Assembly (NCBI GenBank): GCA_963754655.1
Contig: CAVWGN010000001.1
Location: 800,001 to 864,000 of the forward strand
DNA: 64,000 bases
Source of the DNA: an uncultured Chlamydiae bacterium
Lineage (GTDB): Bacteria; Chlamydiota; Chlamydiia; Chlamydiales; Parachlamydiaceae
Direction: 5' to 3'
Shown: positions 10,401 to 19,321 of the stretch, piece after piece
Layout: the number at the start of each line of letters is the position of its first letter
Numbering within the stretch: position 1 is the stretch's first letter
Notes under the pieces: model-generated
What the model saw: the letters and a program-made list of their open reading frames with translations, nothing else
What the model was told of the DNA's origin: nothing
Database searches by the model: none
Program-made: the position numbers and the translations under genes

Positions 10401-10969
10401 GTACTCAACCACATTAGTTTTATGTATTTAGACTGCTTCAAAGCCCCGGGGCTAGGGTGTTAATTTTGTGCAAAAAAATGAGCTTTATTTTTCACAATAA
10501 TTGGCATAGTTAAATTGAAGGTCGCATGTTTATGCCGTCCTTTCAGGACTCGATGTCTTTTTGATAGAACCCAGGCCTCCGCTTCGCTGCGACCTGGGCT
10601 GTAACATGACGGCCCTTCAGGCCTTAACAAGAGATGTTTAAGTCTCTCTTCTATAGTCTCTAAATCATCTTTTTGTTAAGGCCTGAAGGGCCGTCATGTT
10701 ACAGCCCAGGTCGCAGCGAAGCGGAGGCCTGGGTTCTATCAAAAAGACATCGAGTCCTGAAAGGACGGCATAAACATGCGACCTTCAATTTAACTATGCC
10801 AATTATTGTGAAAAATAAAGCTCATTTTTTTGCACAAAATTAACACCCTAGCCCCGGGGTTGAATTGGCGTAAGTGGGTCCATATTTGCTAATATTGATC
10901 CACTTACGCCAATTCAACCCCGGGGCTTTGAAGCAGTTCCAATGAGCAAAAACTAATGTGGTTGAGTAT
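10401..10969. mobile_element. Palindromic MITE-like element A (TA duplication) carrying nested element B
   Basis: Ends GTACTCAACCACATTAGTTTT / AAAACTAATGTGGTTGAGTAT; internal CTGCTTCAAAGCCCCGGGG / CCCCGGGGCTTTGAAGCAG inverted repeat; interrupts the Fic remnant at CTAG. Confidence 0.85.
10455..10848. mobile_element. Palindromic element B (about 177-bp arms, about 40-bp spacer) containing REP-like motifs
   Basis: GGGTGTTAATTTTGTGCAAAA...TTTTGCACAAAATTAACACCC; arms read as exact reverse complements; CCCCGGGG on both flanks. Confidence 0.9.
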
Positions 10970-10971
10970 TA

Positions 10972-11815
10972 GGGAGCGTACCTAAAAGATTAACCATTGT
11001 ATAATACAAGCGATCGTCAACATTCCTGCATAATTTTGAGCTTTCATTTCGTATCTTATTCCAATACGCCTAAATCGTTTTATAAACTGAAAAAAATTTT
11101 CTACCAAGCAACGCTCTCTGTAGATATGTTTATCATGTTCAATTAGTTCAGCTCTTGATACTTTGCTGGGTATGATTGCTTGACTTCCCATCTTTTCTAT
11201 AAAATTTCTGATTTCATTTGAGTCGTAAGCTTTATCAGCTATAACATTTTGTGGATTTTTTCCACTGAGTAAAAGCTTCATTTGAGTGCTCTCGTGTACT
11301 TGACCTTCTGTCAAGATAAAATCAATACAACGACCTAATCCATCTGTTACTGCATGAATTTTTGTGATTGTTCCGGCCCTTGATTTTCCCATGGCTTCTT
11401 CGGCTTTTTTTTTATCCTACAAGCATCTTGATGCGCTTCAACAATTGAGCTGTCTACAGAGTAATTTTCTTCGTCAATTTCATCTTTTAAAGCTTGCCAA
11501 ATCGTTTGCCAGATTCCAGCCTTTGTCCATCGATTAAAGCGATTATAACATGTGCTCCAAGGACCATACTTGGGTGGTAGATCCCTCCCTCCAAGCGGCT
11601 CCTGTTCTTAAAATCCAAATAATGCCTTCTAAAATCTTACGATGAGGCCGACTTGGTCTGCCCCAATATCCTCGTTCTTTTGGCAATAAAGGTTTTATTT
11701 TTATCCATCTTTCATGAGTTAATACTATCCTACTCATTCAAATTTCCCCCTTGTTTTATCAGAGAAAATTATAAATCATAAGAGTTATTATTTTAAATCT
11801 TTTAGGTACGCTCCC
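10972..11815 (-). mobile_element. IS5-family element (IS-A), copy 1; transposase disrupted by a 4-bp duplication near 11585
   Basis: 20-bp TIR GGGAGCGTACCTAAAAGATT, TA flanks; orfA WILRTGAAWR, orfB ADKAYDS and ERCLVENFF; A-run frameshift site near 11410. Confidence 0.93.
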
Positions 11816-12015
11816 TAGCATATTCTCTATTGTTAAAAGAATGTAGTGAGCTTTATTACCTTTTCCTGTTGTTAAACTGTCCAATCTACTTTAAAATCTT
11901 TATAAGCCTTTAAAAGAACGCCTCAAAAATAAGTCATCCAAGGCATCAGGTTATGTTTCCCTTGATACCATTCTTGAGAACTCTTTTCTAAATTTTCATA
12001 TTAACTCTCTTTCGA
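11816..12015 (-). pseudogene. Fic-family pseudogene fragment (upstream part of 10268-10400)
   Basis: SKES*YENLEKSSQEWYQGKHNLMPWMTYF*GVLLKAYKDF then frameshift to LDSLTTGKGNKAHYILLTIENML; resembles Fic C-terminal regions. Confidence 0.7.
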
Positions 12016-12271
12016 CAGTGGAAGTAGGTCAAGTGCAAAATCCAGCATATACGTGATGAAATGCTGCAAAGAATGGTTTAAGAAAAGTCCTGCGGGATTT
12101 AAATTAGTCATAAAAACTCTTCTTAACTTTGGTTTCTGTTCTCCCTCTATCATATTTTGATATTCGCAATGAAAGAAATTATCGAAATATGTTTAATCTA
12201 GAATTTATAACACAAATTTTTTATAATCAGCCTTTAATTAATCAAATCCAATATAAAGGAAATAAATTTTT

Positions 12272-13426
12272 ATGAAAAAGCGGATAATAACTTTTATTTT
12301 TCTTTTTTGTGTGCAGTTTTATTTAATTTATTCTGCAGAAAAAGAGGCATATCTGGTTAATATTGAAAAAGCATTAGAGGCTTGTCATTTTAATGAAAAC
12401 TTTGAAACTTTAACGAATTCTAATCTTCGAGAGGAGATAAAAGAGCTTTTTCTCAGAATTTATGAAAATGAAAAAAATTATCCTGATTTTATTCAATGTA
12501 TAACAGCTCAAGATTCTCTTTTCTTTGCTTATCAAGTAATTGCGAAAGAGCTTTATCGCAAGCTTTATGGCATGCCAAGAGATGATTTTGAATTTTTGCG
12601 ATTTCCTACACAAAATCTTTTAAAATCTAGAGAAGAATTTTTCTTGCAATATCCTTCTCTTATTCTTTCTAACGAAGAACTGGCTAAAGAATTTAAGACT
12701 GCGCCAGATAAGTTAGAAGAGGCTTTCAACATATATGAAAAACAAGATGAAGAAAATTATTTAAGAATTTCAAGAGGAGAAGAAGAAACGCATAATGAAC
12801 TGGACGATGATGATTATGAGGAAGATGAAGAAACACTCCCTCGATTTCAAATAAATGATACTATGGCAGAAATTAGCAAAGAACTTCTTTCAGTAAACTT
12901 TACTATGGAAACATATCGTCCCTTAGATTCCGCTCTTTTTGTATTTCTTTCAGGCAATTCAGTAAGCCTTGCTTCATTATCTGATGATCAAGAAGAGTAT
13001 AAAGAAAAATTCACTAAAATTTTACATGAGCTTTTTGATTCTCTTTTTCTTCCGAAAGAAAAGCTTACTGAGTGTTTAGAGAAACTAATTGACAAAGCGC
13101 CTCGCTCTAAATTTGGTATCATCAATCAAATCTTTATTCCTAAAGAAAATATAACAAATCATATGTATCTATCTTTTGGAGGAGGTTTTCTTCATTCCGT
13201 TTATGATTCCAAATTTGAAGAAAGTTATAGCGAATTTCAGAATAATAGGCAGGAAGAATATTTTAGAACATTTAGAAATTTTCAAGCTCGCGTCATTGCG
13301 GGTTCTCTTTTTGAAAATTCCCAAGTCAAGATTTTACGCTATACACTTATTCCAAAAGAAACAGAAGCGCAATATGAGACAATTGTTAGAGATGCAATTG
13401 ATGAGCTCTTAACGTCTATATATTAA
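12272..13426 (+). CDS. Hypothetical exported acidic protein
   Basis: 384-aa ORF with MKKR + hydrophobic signal peptide. Confidence 0.75.
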   Translation: MKKRIITFIFLFCVQFYLIYSAEKEAYLVNIEKALEACHFNENFETLTNSNLREEIKELFLRIYENEKNYPDFIQCITAQDSLFFAYQVIAKELYRKLYGMPRDDFEFLRFPTQNLLKSREEFFLQYPSLILSNEELAKEFKTAPDKLEEAFNIYEKQDEENYLRISRGEEETHNELDDDDYEEDEETLPRFQINDTMAEISKELLSVNFTMETYRPLDSALFVFLSGNSVSLASLSDDQEEYKEKFTKILHELFDSLFLPKEKLTECLEKLIDKAPRSKFGIINQIFIPKENITNHMYLSFGGGFLHSVYDSKFEESYSEFQNNRQEEYFRTFRNFQARVIAGSLFENSQVKILRYTLIPKETEAQYETIVRDAIDELLTSIY

Positions 13427-13541
13427 ATCGTTTTATAAATACAAGTGTCTTTAGTAGATTTGTATAGCTTTTTAAGGGGTGTGCAGGTCAAATTTATCGT
13501 TTTGATAGACTTCTTAAAATTCTTATACAAACAACCAATGC

Positions 13542-14735
13542 TTGATTAAGGAAATGATTAGAGCTTTTATAAATTTGTTTTTATTTATAGTCTTCATTAG
13601 TAACTACGCCTATACAGATGAAAACATGATAGAAGATTACATTATTAAATCATTAGAGTTTTGGAATGTTCCTGGAGCTTCTATAGCAATAGTGAAGGAT
13701 AATAAAATCATATTAGCGAAAGGCTTTGGCTACACAAAGTTAGAAAAAATCGCAAATAATGAAGTCGATGCAGAAACTCTATTTCCCATTGCATCACTTA
13801 CCAAATCTTTTTCAGCAGTAGCGACGGGTATTTTTGCAGCTCAACGGCAAATAAGTTTAGACGCCACCATCCAATCTCTGTGGCCATCATTCAAATTATC
13901 CGATGGGTATGCAACAAGTCATTTAACGCTTCGAGATTGCTTATCTATGCGTGCAGGTCTAACAGGCCATACTTTTGAAAATAGTTGGTGGAGTCAATCT
14001 CACCTTACTGAGAAAATGCTTATTGAAGATCTATCTAAGTTCTCATTTCCTTGTGGATTTCGTGGATGCTTTGCATATCAAAATTTACTTTACAATATCG
14101 TCAGTCATATGATTGAAATAAACACAGGCGAGTCCTGGGAATTATTTATTAAAGAAAAATTACTTGATAAGTTAGCAATGCATTTGACAACGACTAATCA
14201 TGCAGCTTTCTTAGCTGTACAAAACAAAGCCTTGCCTCATCAATGGAAAGGAAATAATATTGCAGAAATTCCATTTGAGCGATTAGATGTCATAGCAGCA
14301 GGTGCTGGCTTAGCCTCAAATGCGAATGACATGGCTAAATGGCTAAAATTTATTTTGGATAAAAATAGTCCTCACGCTGCGATTATTAAGAATACTCTGA
14401 CTTCTCAAACTTTAGCCAATCCCGAGATGTTTTTTGCAAAAGAAGAGATATGGATGGACAAAGTTTTTTTTCCAAAATCTCATTTTTTAACTTATGGTAT
14501 GGGTTGGTTCATTCACGATTATAAAGACATTCTTATCTGTCAAGATCCAGGCTTGACTGATGGAATAAATGGACTTATGGCTGTTATTCCCGAACTCAAT
14601 CTTGGGATTGTCATCTTAAATAATTTAGAAGCTCCTTTCTTTAGTCATTCATTGCTATTCCATGTTGTTGACTATTATCGCCAAGAAATGACTGATTGGA
14701 ATCAAATCCTTTTAAATATTTGTCAATCGAACTAA
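13542..14735 (+). CDS. Serine hydrolase, beta-lactamase class C / AmpH-like
   Basis: Signal peptide; VPGASIAIV, FPIASLTKSF (SxxK), YQN (YxN), YGMGW. Confidence 0.88.
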   Translation: MIKEMIRAFINLFLFIVFISNYAYTDENMIEDYIIKSLEFWNVPGASIAIVKDNKIILAKGFGYTKLEKIANNEVDAETLFPIASLTKSFSAVATGIFAAQRQISLDATIQSLWPSFKLSDGYATSHLTLRDCLSMRAGLTGHTFENSWWSQSHLTEKMLIEDLSKFSFPCGFRGCFAYQNLLYNIVSHMIEINTGESWELFIKEKLLDKLAMHLTTTNHAAFLAVQNKALPHQWKGNNIAEIPFERLDVIAAGAGLASNANDMAKWLKFILDKNSPHAAIIKNTLTSQTLANPEMFFAKEEIWMDKVFFPKSHFLTYGMGWFIHDYKDILICQDPGLTDGINGLMAVIPELNLGIVILNNLEAPFFSHSLLFHVVDYYRQEMTDWNQILLNICQSN

Positions 14736-15021
14736 TAAAATTTTTTATTTCACATCCAAGTTAGCGTCCAACTTAGAGTTATAAAACCTTCAAAATACCT
14801 GTAAAAGAAATCAACTATCGATTTTTATTCAATGACCTTTTTTTGCCAGGGGTCTTCCCAATTTTCAATTTTTCAATTATTGGATGCTTAGTCCAGACGT
14901 CTCCTTTTAACAAAGATTCAGCCAAAAACACTAAGAAATCAAGATTTTCTGGGTTGTGTTCGTAGTGAATTTAAGATTTTGATGCACGGAATTTGAAATT
15001 CCTTCTTCTTTTATTATGATA

Positions 15022-15050
15022 TTGACAAATATTCCAATTTAGAATTTAAT
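15022..15050 (+). promoter_or_regulatory. Putative sigma66/sigma70 promoter of the YheO-PhzF operon
   Basis: TTGACA-17 bp-TTTAAT just upstream of the GTG start. Confidence 0.5.
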
Positions 15051-15073
15051 TATAAATTAATAAGAGGGTTTTT

Positions 15074-16543
15074 GTGGACATTGAACATAACATACAGCTA
15101 GCACATCATTTGGTCGATTTATTTTATCCTCTGGTTGAGTTGACGCTATTCGATGAAGATTGCTCGATTCGAGAAATTTTAAATGCATTTTCTAATCTTA
15201 AGGAAGACCAAGCATGTGATATCAAAAACTTGCAAATCCAACATCCATTCCATGAACTATTGGTTGGAGGGCGAAGTGTTCGATGTTTGATTTATCCTCT
15301 CCATAAAGGCAAAGAGATCGTGGGGTATCTAAGATTGCGTTATGATTTGACACTTTTTAAAAATCTTCAAGAGCAACTCCATATTCTTATCCAAGAAGAA
15401 ATTGTTCCATCTAATCCAGGGACTACAGATCTATGGAAAGAGTCAATTGATCAGATCATAGCTCATTACCACACAGAGAACAAAATTACTATTCAAGCTA
15501 CAACTGCAAAACAGAAAAGAGAATTAATTTCAAGATTACAAAACAAAGGATTATTTGATTTTAAGGAGTCATCGGCTTACGTTGCCTCTAAACTCCAGAT
15601 CTCAAGAGCAACCGTCTACAATTATTTAAAGACTGCGGCTCACTTTAAAAAGGTACATGTTCACCAAGTTGATGCTTTTACAAGTGAGAAATTTGGAGGA
15701 AACCCTGCAGGTGTTGTTTTGGATGCAAATGATCTAGAAGAATCGACCATGCGGAAAATTGCACGAGAATTGAATTTATCTGAAACAGCCTTTGTTTTGC
15801 CGAGCAATAAAGGCAATTTCCAGCTGCGTTATTTTACTCCAACAGGACATGAGATTACATTTTGTGGACATTCTACTGTAGGGGCACTTTACATGATCGC
15901 AAAGGAACGGCGGTTTGGTATTAAAAAGATCGGTGGCTATAAATTTGATGTCGAAACGCTTTGTGGAATTCTTAAAATGGAAATAGCAATTGATCATGAA
16001 GAAGAAATTCGAGTTGCTTATGAGACACCCCTGATCAAGTTAAGACGCTTTAAAATTTCTCATGAAGAAGTGGCAAAAGCTGCGGGCTTTGAATTGCATT
16101 TAATCGATCAATCCATTCCAGTGATGTACGAAGAAACAAATAAAGACCTCTTCCTCGTCATTCGTTCACTGGAAGATTTAAAGAAGATCGAATGTGATCC
16201 AAAGTCCTTTGCACAGTTCTCTAAACAACATGATATTATTGTCTTATGCCTATTATCTCCGGAAACTTTTCATCAAAACAATCAATTCCACATGCGTTGT
16301 TTTGCTCCTTTAGTTGGAATCTCTGAAGATCCCTTTACAGGATCGGTATTAGGGGGACTAACCGCTTATGTCGATACATTCAATCTTTTACCAAAATGTT
16401 CAAATAGTTTTCATGTAGAACAAGGTCATTTTATCGAACGGCCGGGCGTGGTCAAAGTAGAATTTTCAAAAAAACGAGGAAGTTATCATGCTAAGGTCTT
16501 TGCCCAAGCTGTGCACTGTTTCTCGACAGAAATTAACTTATAA
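15074..16543 (+). CDS. YheO-like (PAS + HTH) regulator fused to a PhzF-family isomerase
   Basis: KRELISRLQNKGLFDFKES...LQISRATVYNYL (YheO HTH) followed by VDAFT...GGNPAGVV, LSETAF, FCGHST, EDPFTGS (PhzF). Confidence 0.88.
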   Translation: MDIEHNIQLAHHLVDLFYPLVELTLFDEDCSIREILNAFSNLKEDQACDIKNLQIQHPFHELLVGGRSVRCLIYPLHKGKEIVGYLRLRYDLTLFKNLQEQLHILIQEEIVPSNPGTTDLWKESIDQIIAHYHTENKITIQATTAKQKRELISRLQNKGLFDFKESSAYVASKLQISRATVYNYLKTAAHFKKVHVHQVDAFTSEKFGGNPAGVVLDANDLEESTMRKIARELNLSETAFVLPSNKGNFQLRYFTPTGHEITFCGHSTVGALYMIAKERRFGIKKIGGYKFDVETLCGILKMEIAIDHEEEIRVAYETPLIKLRRFKISHEEVAKAAGFELHLIDQSIPVMYEETNKDLFLVIRSLEDLKKIECDPKSFAQFSKQHDIIVLCLLSPETFHQNNQFHMRCFAPLVGISEDPFTGSVLGGLTAYVDTFNLLPKCSNSFHVEQGHFIERPGVVKVEFSKKRGSYHAKVFAQAVHCFSTEINL

Positions 16544-16554
16544 ATAGGAAGTGT

Positions 16555-16971
16555 TTGATGTTTCAATATAAATTAGTAGCAGTGGTAAATAAAAAGATTG
16601 AGACAGGGATTTTGATGAATGCTCTTGCACATATGTGCCTAGGCTTTGGAGCTCATACGGGTTCCACTGAATTGCACCTCATGGACTATAAGAATTCAGA
16701 AGGCTTTGTCTATCCCAATATTTCAAAGATGCCTTTTATCATTTTGAAAGAGGATAATTCAAATAAGATTGCGAAGCTTCTTATGGCAGCCAAAGAAATG
16801 GGTATTCAATACTCGGTTTTCACACACACAATGACCGAGGGAACGTGGGAGGACCAAGAAGCAAGAACACTCGCCACTAAGCCGGAAGAGATGGTCTATT
16901 ACGGAATCATATTATTTGGCCCAAAAGAAATCGTGACTCATCTAACTAAAAAACTTTCCTTATTCAAGTAA
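16555..16971 (+). CDS. DUF2000-like protein (peptidyl-tRNA hydrolase 2-like fold)
   Basis: KLVAVVN...MNALAH, ISKMPFIIL, YYGIILFGP...VTHLTKKLSL. Confidence 0.7.
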   Translation: MMFQYKLVAVVNKKIETGILMNALAHMCLGFGAHTGSTELHLMDYKNSEGFVYPNISKMPFIILKEDNSNKIAKLLMAAKEMGIQYSVFTHTMTEGTWEDQEARTLATKPEEMVYYGIILFGPKEIVTHLTKKLSLFK

Positions 16972-16976
16972 TCATC

Positions 16977-17474
16977 ATGAATAAACAACTCACTGGCAGT
17001 GTAAAAAAAGTGCAAGATTCTCTGATTGAGAATGGATTTTCTTGCACAGTGAAGGAACTTTCCGATTCAACGCGAACTGCAGAAGAGGCAGCCAAAGCGA
17101 TTGGATGCGATATTGCGCAAATTGCGAAATCGTTGATTTTTATCGATCAAGCATCTGGCAACCCCATTCTTGTTATAGCCTCGGGAATCAATCAGGTCGA
17201 TGTTAGAAAAATTGAATATTCTACAGGGCTTCATCTTATCAAGGCTGATGGTAAATTTGTAAAAGAAAGAGTCGGATTTGCTATAGGCGGAGTTCCTCCA
17301 GTCGGCCATAATGAAAAAATGATGACTTATTTGGACCCCACTCTGAGGGATTATGAATGGATATGGGCTGCAGCCGGTACGCCATTTGCAGTGTTTCGAC
17401 TAAGTTCAAATGAAATACAAAATATGACCGATGGAAAATTTATCGACTTAAAGGTAGATAATTTCATTGCGTGA
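16977..17474 (+). CDS. YbaK/EbsC-family aminoacyl-tRNA deacylase
   Basis: TRTAEEAAKAIGC, IAKSL, GFAIGGVPPVGH, WAAAGTP. Confidence 0.92.
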   Translation: MNKQLTGSVKKVQDSLIENGFSCTVKELSDSTRTAEEAAKAIGCDIAQIAKSLIFIDQASGNPILVIASGINQVDVRKIEYSTGLHLIKADGKFVKERVGFAIGGVPPVGHNEKMMTYLDPTLRDYEWIWAAAGTPFAVFRLSSNEIQNMTDGKFIDLKVDNFIA

Positions 17475-17539
17475 AGATATAAATAAGGAAATCTGTATAG
17501 ATTTAGTTCTAAAATGAATATTTTATAGTTTGCAAAGCT

Positions 17540-18151
17540 ATGTTACAATTTCCTCAGTGCAAGCGTTGTCAATGGGTTCAGATAGAGAATTCGCTTTCTG
17601 TTGCTTATCATGATCGGGAATGGGGAGTTCCTGTTCACGATGATCTTAGACATTTTGAATTTCTTATCTTAGAAGGGGCTCAAGCTGGATTAAATTGGCA
17701 TACGATTCTTAAGCGTCGTAAAAATTATGAGCAGGCATTTTCTTCTTTTGATCCTAAAAAAGTTGCAGCCTATGATAGTGATCAGGCTGCCAAGCTACTA
17801 GTCAACGAAGGAATTATTCGTAATAAGTTGAAAATTAGTTCAGCTATTCAAAATGCCAAATGCTTTTTGGCTATTCAAAGCGAGTGGGAGAGTTTTGATG
17901 AATATGTTTGGCAATTTGTCAATGGCAAGACTATTCAAAACCATTGGAAATCAATTCAAGAAATTCCGGCTGAAACGAAAGAATCTAAACGACTCAGTGT
18001 TGATCTGAAAAAAAGAGGATTTACATTCGTGGGTCCTACCATTATGTATGCTTATATGCAAGCAGTTGGTTTAGTGAATGATCATACGGTAGATTGCTTC
18101 CGCTATTCCCAGCTCCAAAAGGATGAAGAGGAAAAAATGAGAATTTTTTGA
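17540..18151 (+). CDS. tag: DNA-3-methyladenine glycosylase I
   Basis: YHDREWG, LEGAQAGLNW, IIRNKLKI, FVGPT, GLVNDH. Confidence 0.95.
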   Translation: MLQFPQCKRCQWVQIENSLSVAYHDREWGVPVHDDLRHFEFLILEGAQAGLNWHTILKRRKNYEQAFSSFDPKKVAAYDSDQAAKLLVNEGIIRNKLKISSAIQNAKCFLAIQSEWESFDEYVWQFVNGKTIQNHWKSIQEIPAETKESKRLSVDLKKRGFTFVGPTIMYAYMQAVGLVNDHTVDCFRYSQLQKDEEEKMRIF

Positions 18152-18174
18152 GCTCTGACCCTTCTTAGTTTCCA

Positions 18175-18495
18175 GGGTGTGATTAAATCTGGGAGTTTAT
18201 ATTTTTTAGCAGATCGATACGAAATGGTAGGGCGGCGGTAGCCGCTTTCAGTGGGAAGCCCCGTATGAAGCGAGCTTGCGAGCGGAATGCGGGGTGTAGG
18301 CAAGATAGCATTGAGCCGCGGAAGCAGCGCAAGATCACTCACACCGCTTCCGCGGTTTATATTTTATTGATGCCCACCCGCATTCCGCTCGCAAGCTCGC
18401 TTCATACGGGGCTTCCCACTGAAAGCGGCTACCGCCGCCCTACCATTTCGTATCGATCTGCTAAAAAATATAAACTCCCAGATTTAATCACACCC
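18175..18495. mobile_element. GC-rich palindromic MITE/REPIN-like element D
   Basis: About 119-bp inverted arms with GGGTGTGATT ends, inner CCGCGGAAGC/GCTTCCGCGG inverted repeat, flanking direct repeat TAGTTTCCA. Confidence 0.85.
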
Positions 18496-18594
18496 TAGTT
18501 TCCAACTTTAAGCATTTTTCTATTGGTTTAAACGATTGAACATGTTATTACATTTACAGTTAGCTGCTATTTAAAATTATGTTTATGGGTATAT

Positions 18595-18867
18595 ATGACA
18601 GAAAGAGAATTTAATTTAGAAGACTTTAGAGAGCATCTTCAACAACTTGAAAGAGAGCTTACAGAAGGAACAAAACAAGATCCTGATTATCAAGGTGAAA
18701 TAGACGAAGTAATTGAAGCTCTTCAGCGATTAACAAAAGAATTAAAAGATAAGAAATATCAACAGATTTTGCCAGATTTGTTTAGGGTGCTCGAATTTTT
18801 GGATATGGTAGAGGATAATTTTGAGGAAGAAGAAGAAGAAGAAGAAGAACCAAGCCAAAATGAGTAA
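18595..18867 (+). CDS. Small acidic helical hypothetical protein
   Basis: 90-aa ORF with poly-Glu tail, followed by a hairpin. Confidence 0.7.
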   Translation: MTEREFNLEDFREHLQQLERELTEGTKQDPDYQGEIDEVIEALQRLTKELKDKKYQQILPDLFRVLEFLDMVEDNFEEEEEEEEEPSQNE

Positions 18868-18908
18868 TTGAAGTAAACGATTGGTTTACTGTCAATTTGC
18901 AATAAAGC

Positions 18909-18941
18909 GGCATGTCTGAAAAATAATTTTTCAGACATGCC
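18909..18941. terminator. Hairpin, probable terminator
   Basis: GGCATGTCTGAAAAA-TAA-TTTTTCAGACATGCC. Confidence 0.55.
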
Positions 18942-19321
18942 CTAAAGAGACAATGTCTCAATACCACCTATTTATTCCCTTGTTACCAAGGCCTGTTTAG
19001 TGTTTCAATAGAGGCCACGCACTATCCAACTTTCTCCCCGGATTAGCACTTCACCTGCTTTTGCTCCTTCAATTTCAAGCCATGTTATCCATCCACTAAA
19101 TATTTTCTTCTAATTGGATGGGTTTATGGAAAATTTATCTTAGAATGATTCGAGCAAAATCATTAAAATTTACAGTTATTTAAAATGCTTGCGGTAACAT
19201 CCATAAAATGTCCTTTCAAAAAAAATTATTGATTGCTACTTTACTTCTAATAAAGATAGGTCAATTTTATCAATTATCTTGAAAACTCATTTGACACTGA
19301 ATATTTACGAATAGGAGGCCC

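Noticed and set aside
13542..14735. True beta-lactamase regulated by the BlaI module
   Set aside because: 15 kb away, no operator seen upstream, and the KTG-like triad reads DPG; left as a generic serine hydrolase
18103..18498. ORFs 18103-18342(-) and 18265-18498(+) sharing identical peptide sequence
   Set aside because: Mirror readings of the two arms of the palindromic element; no RBS or protein motif
8018..18500. Integron-like cassette array (accessory genes separated by palindromes)
   Set aside because: No integrase and no attC-type RYYYAAC/GTTRRRY structures; palindromes behave as insertions
18960..19170. Possible decayed ORF on the minus strand
   Set aside because: Multiple stops and no identifiable family
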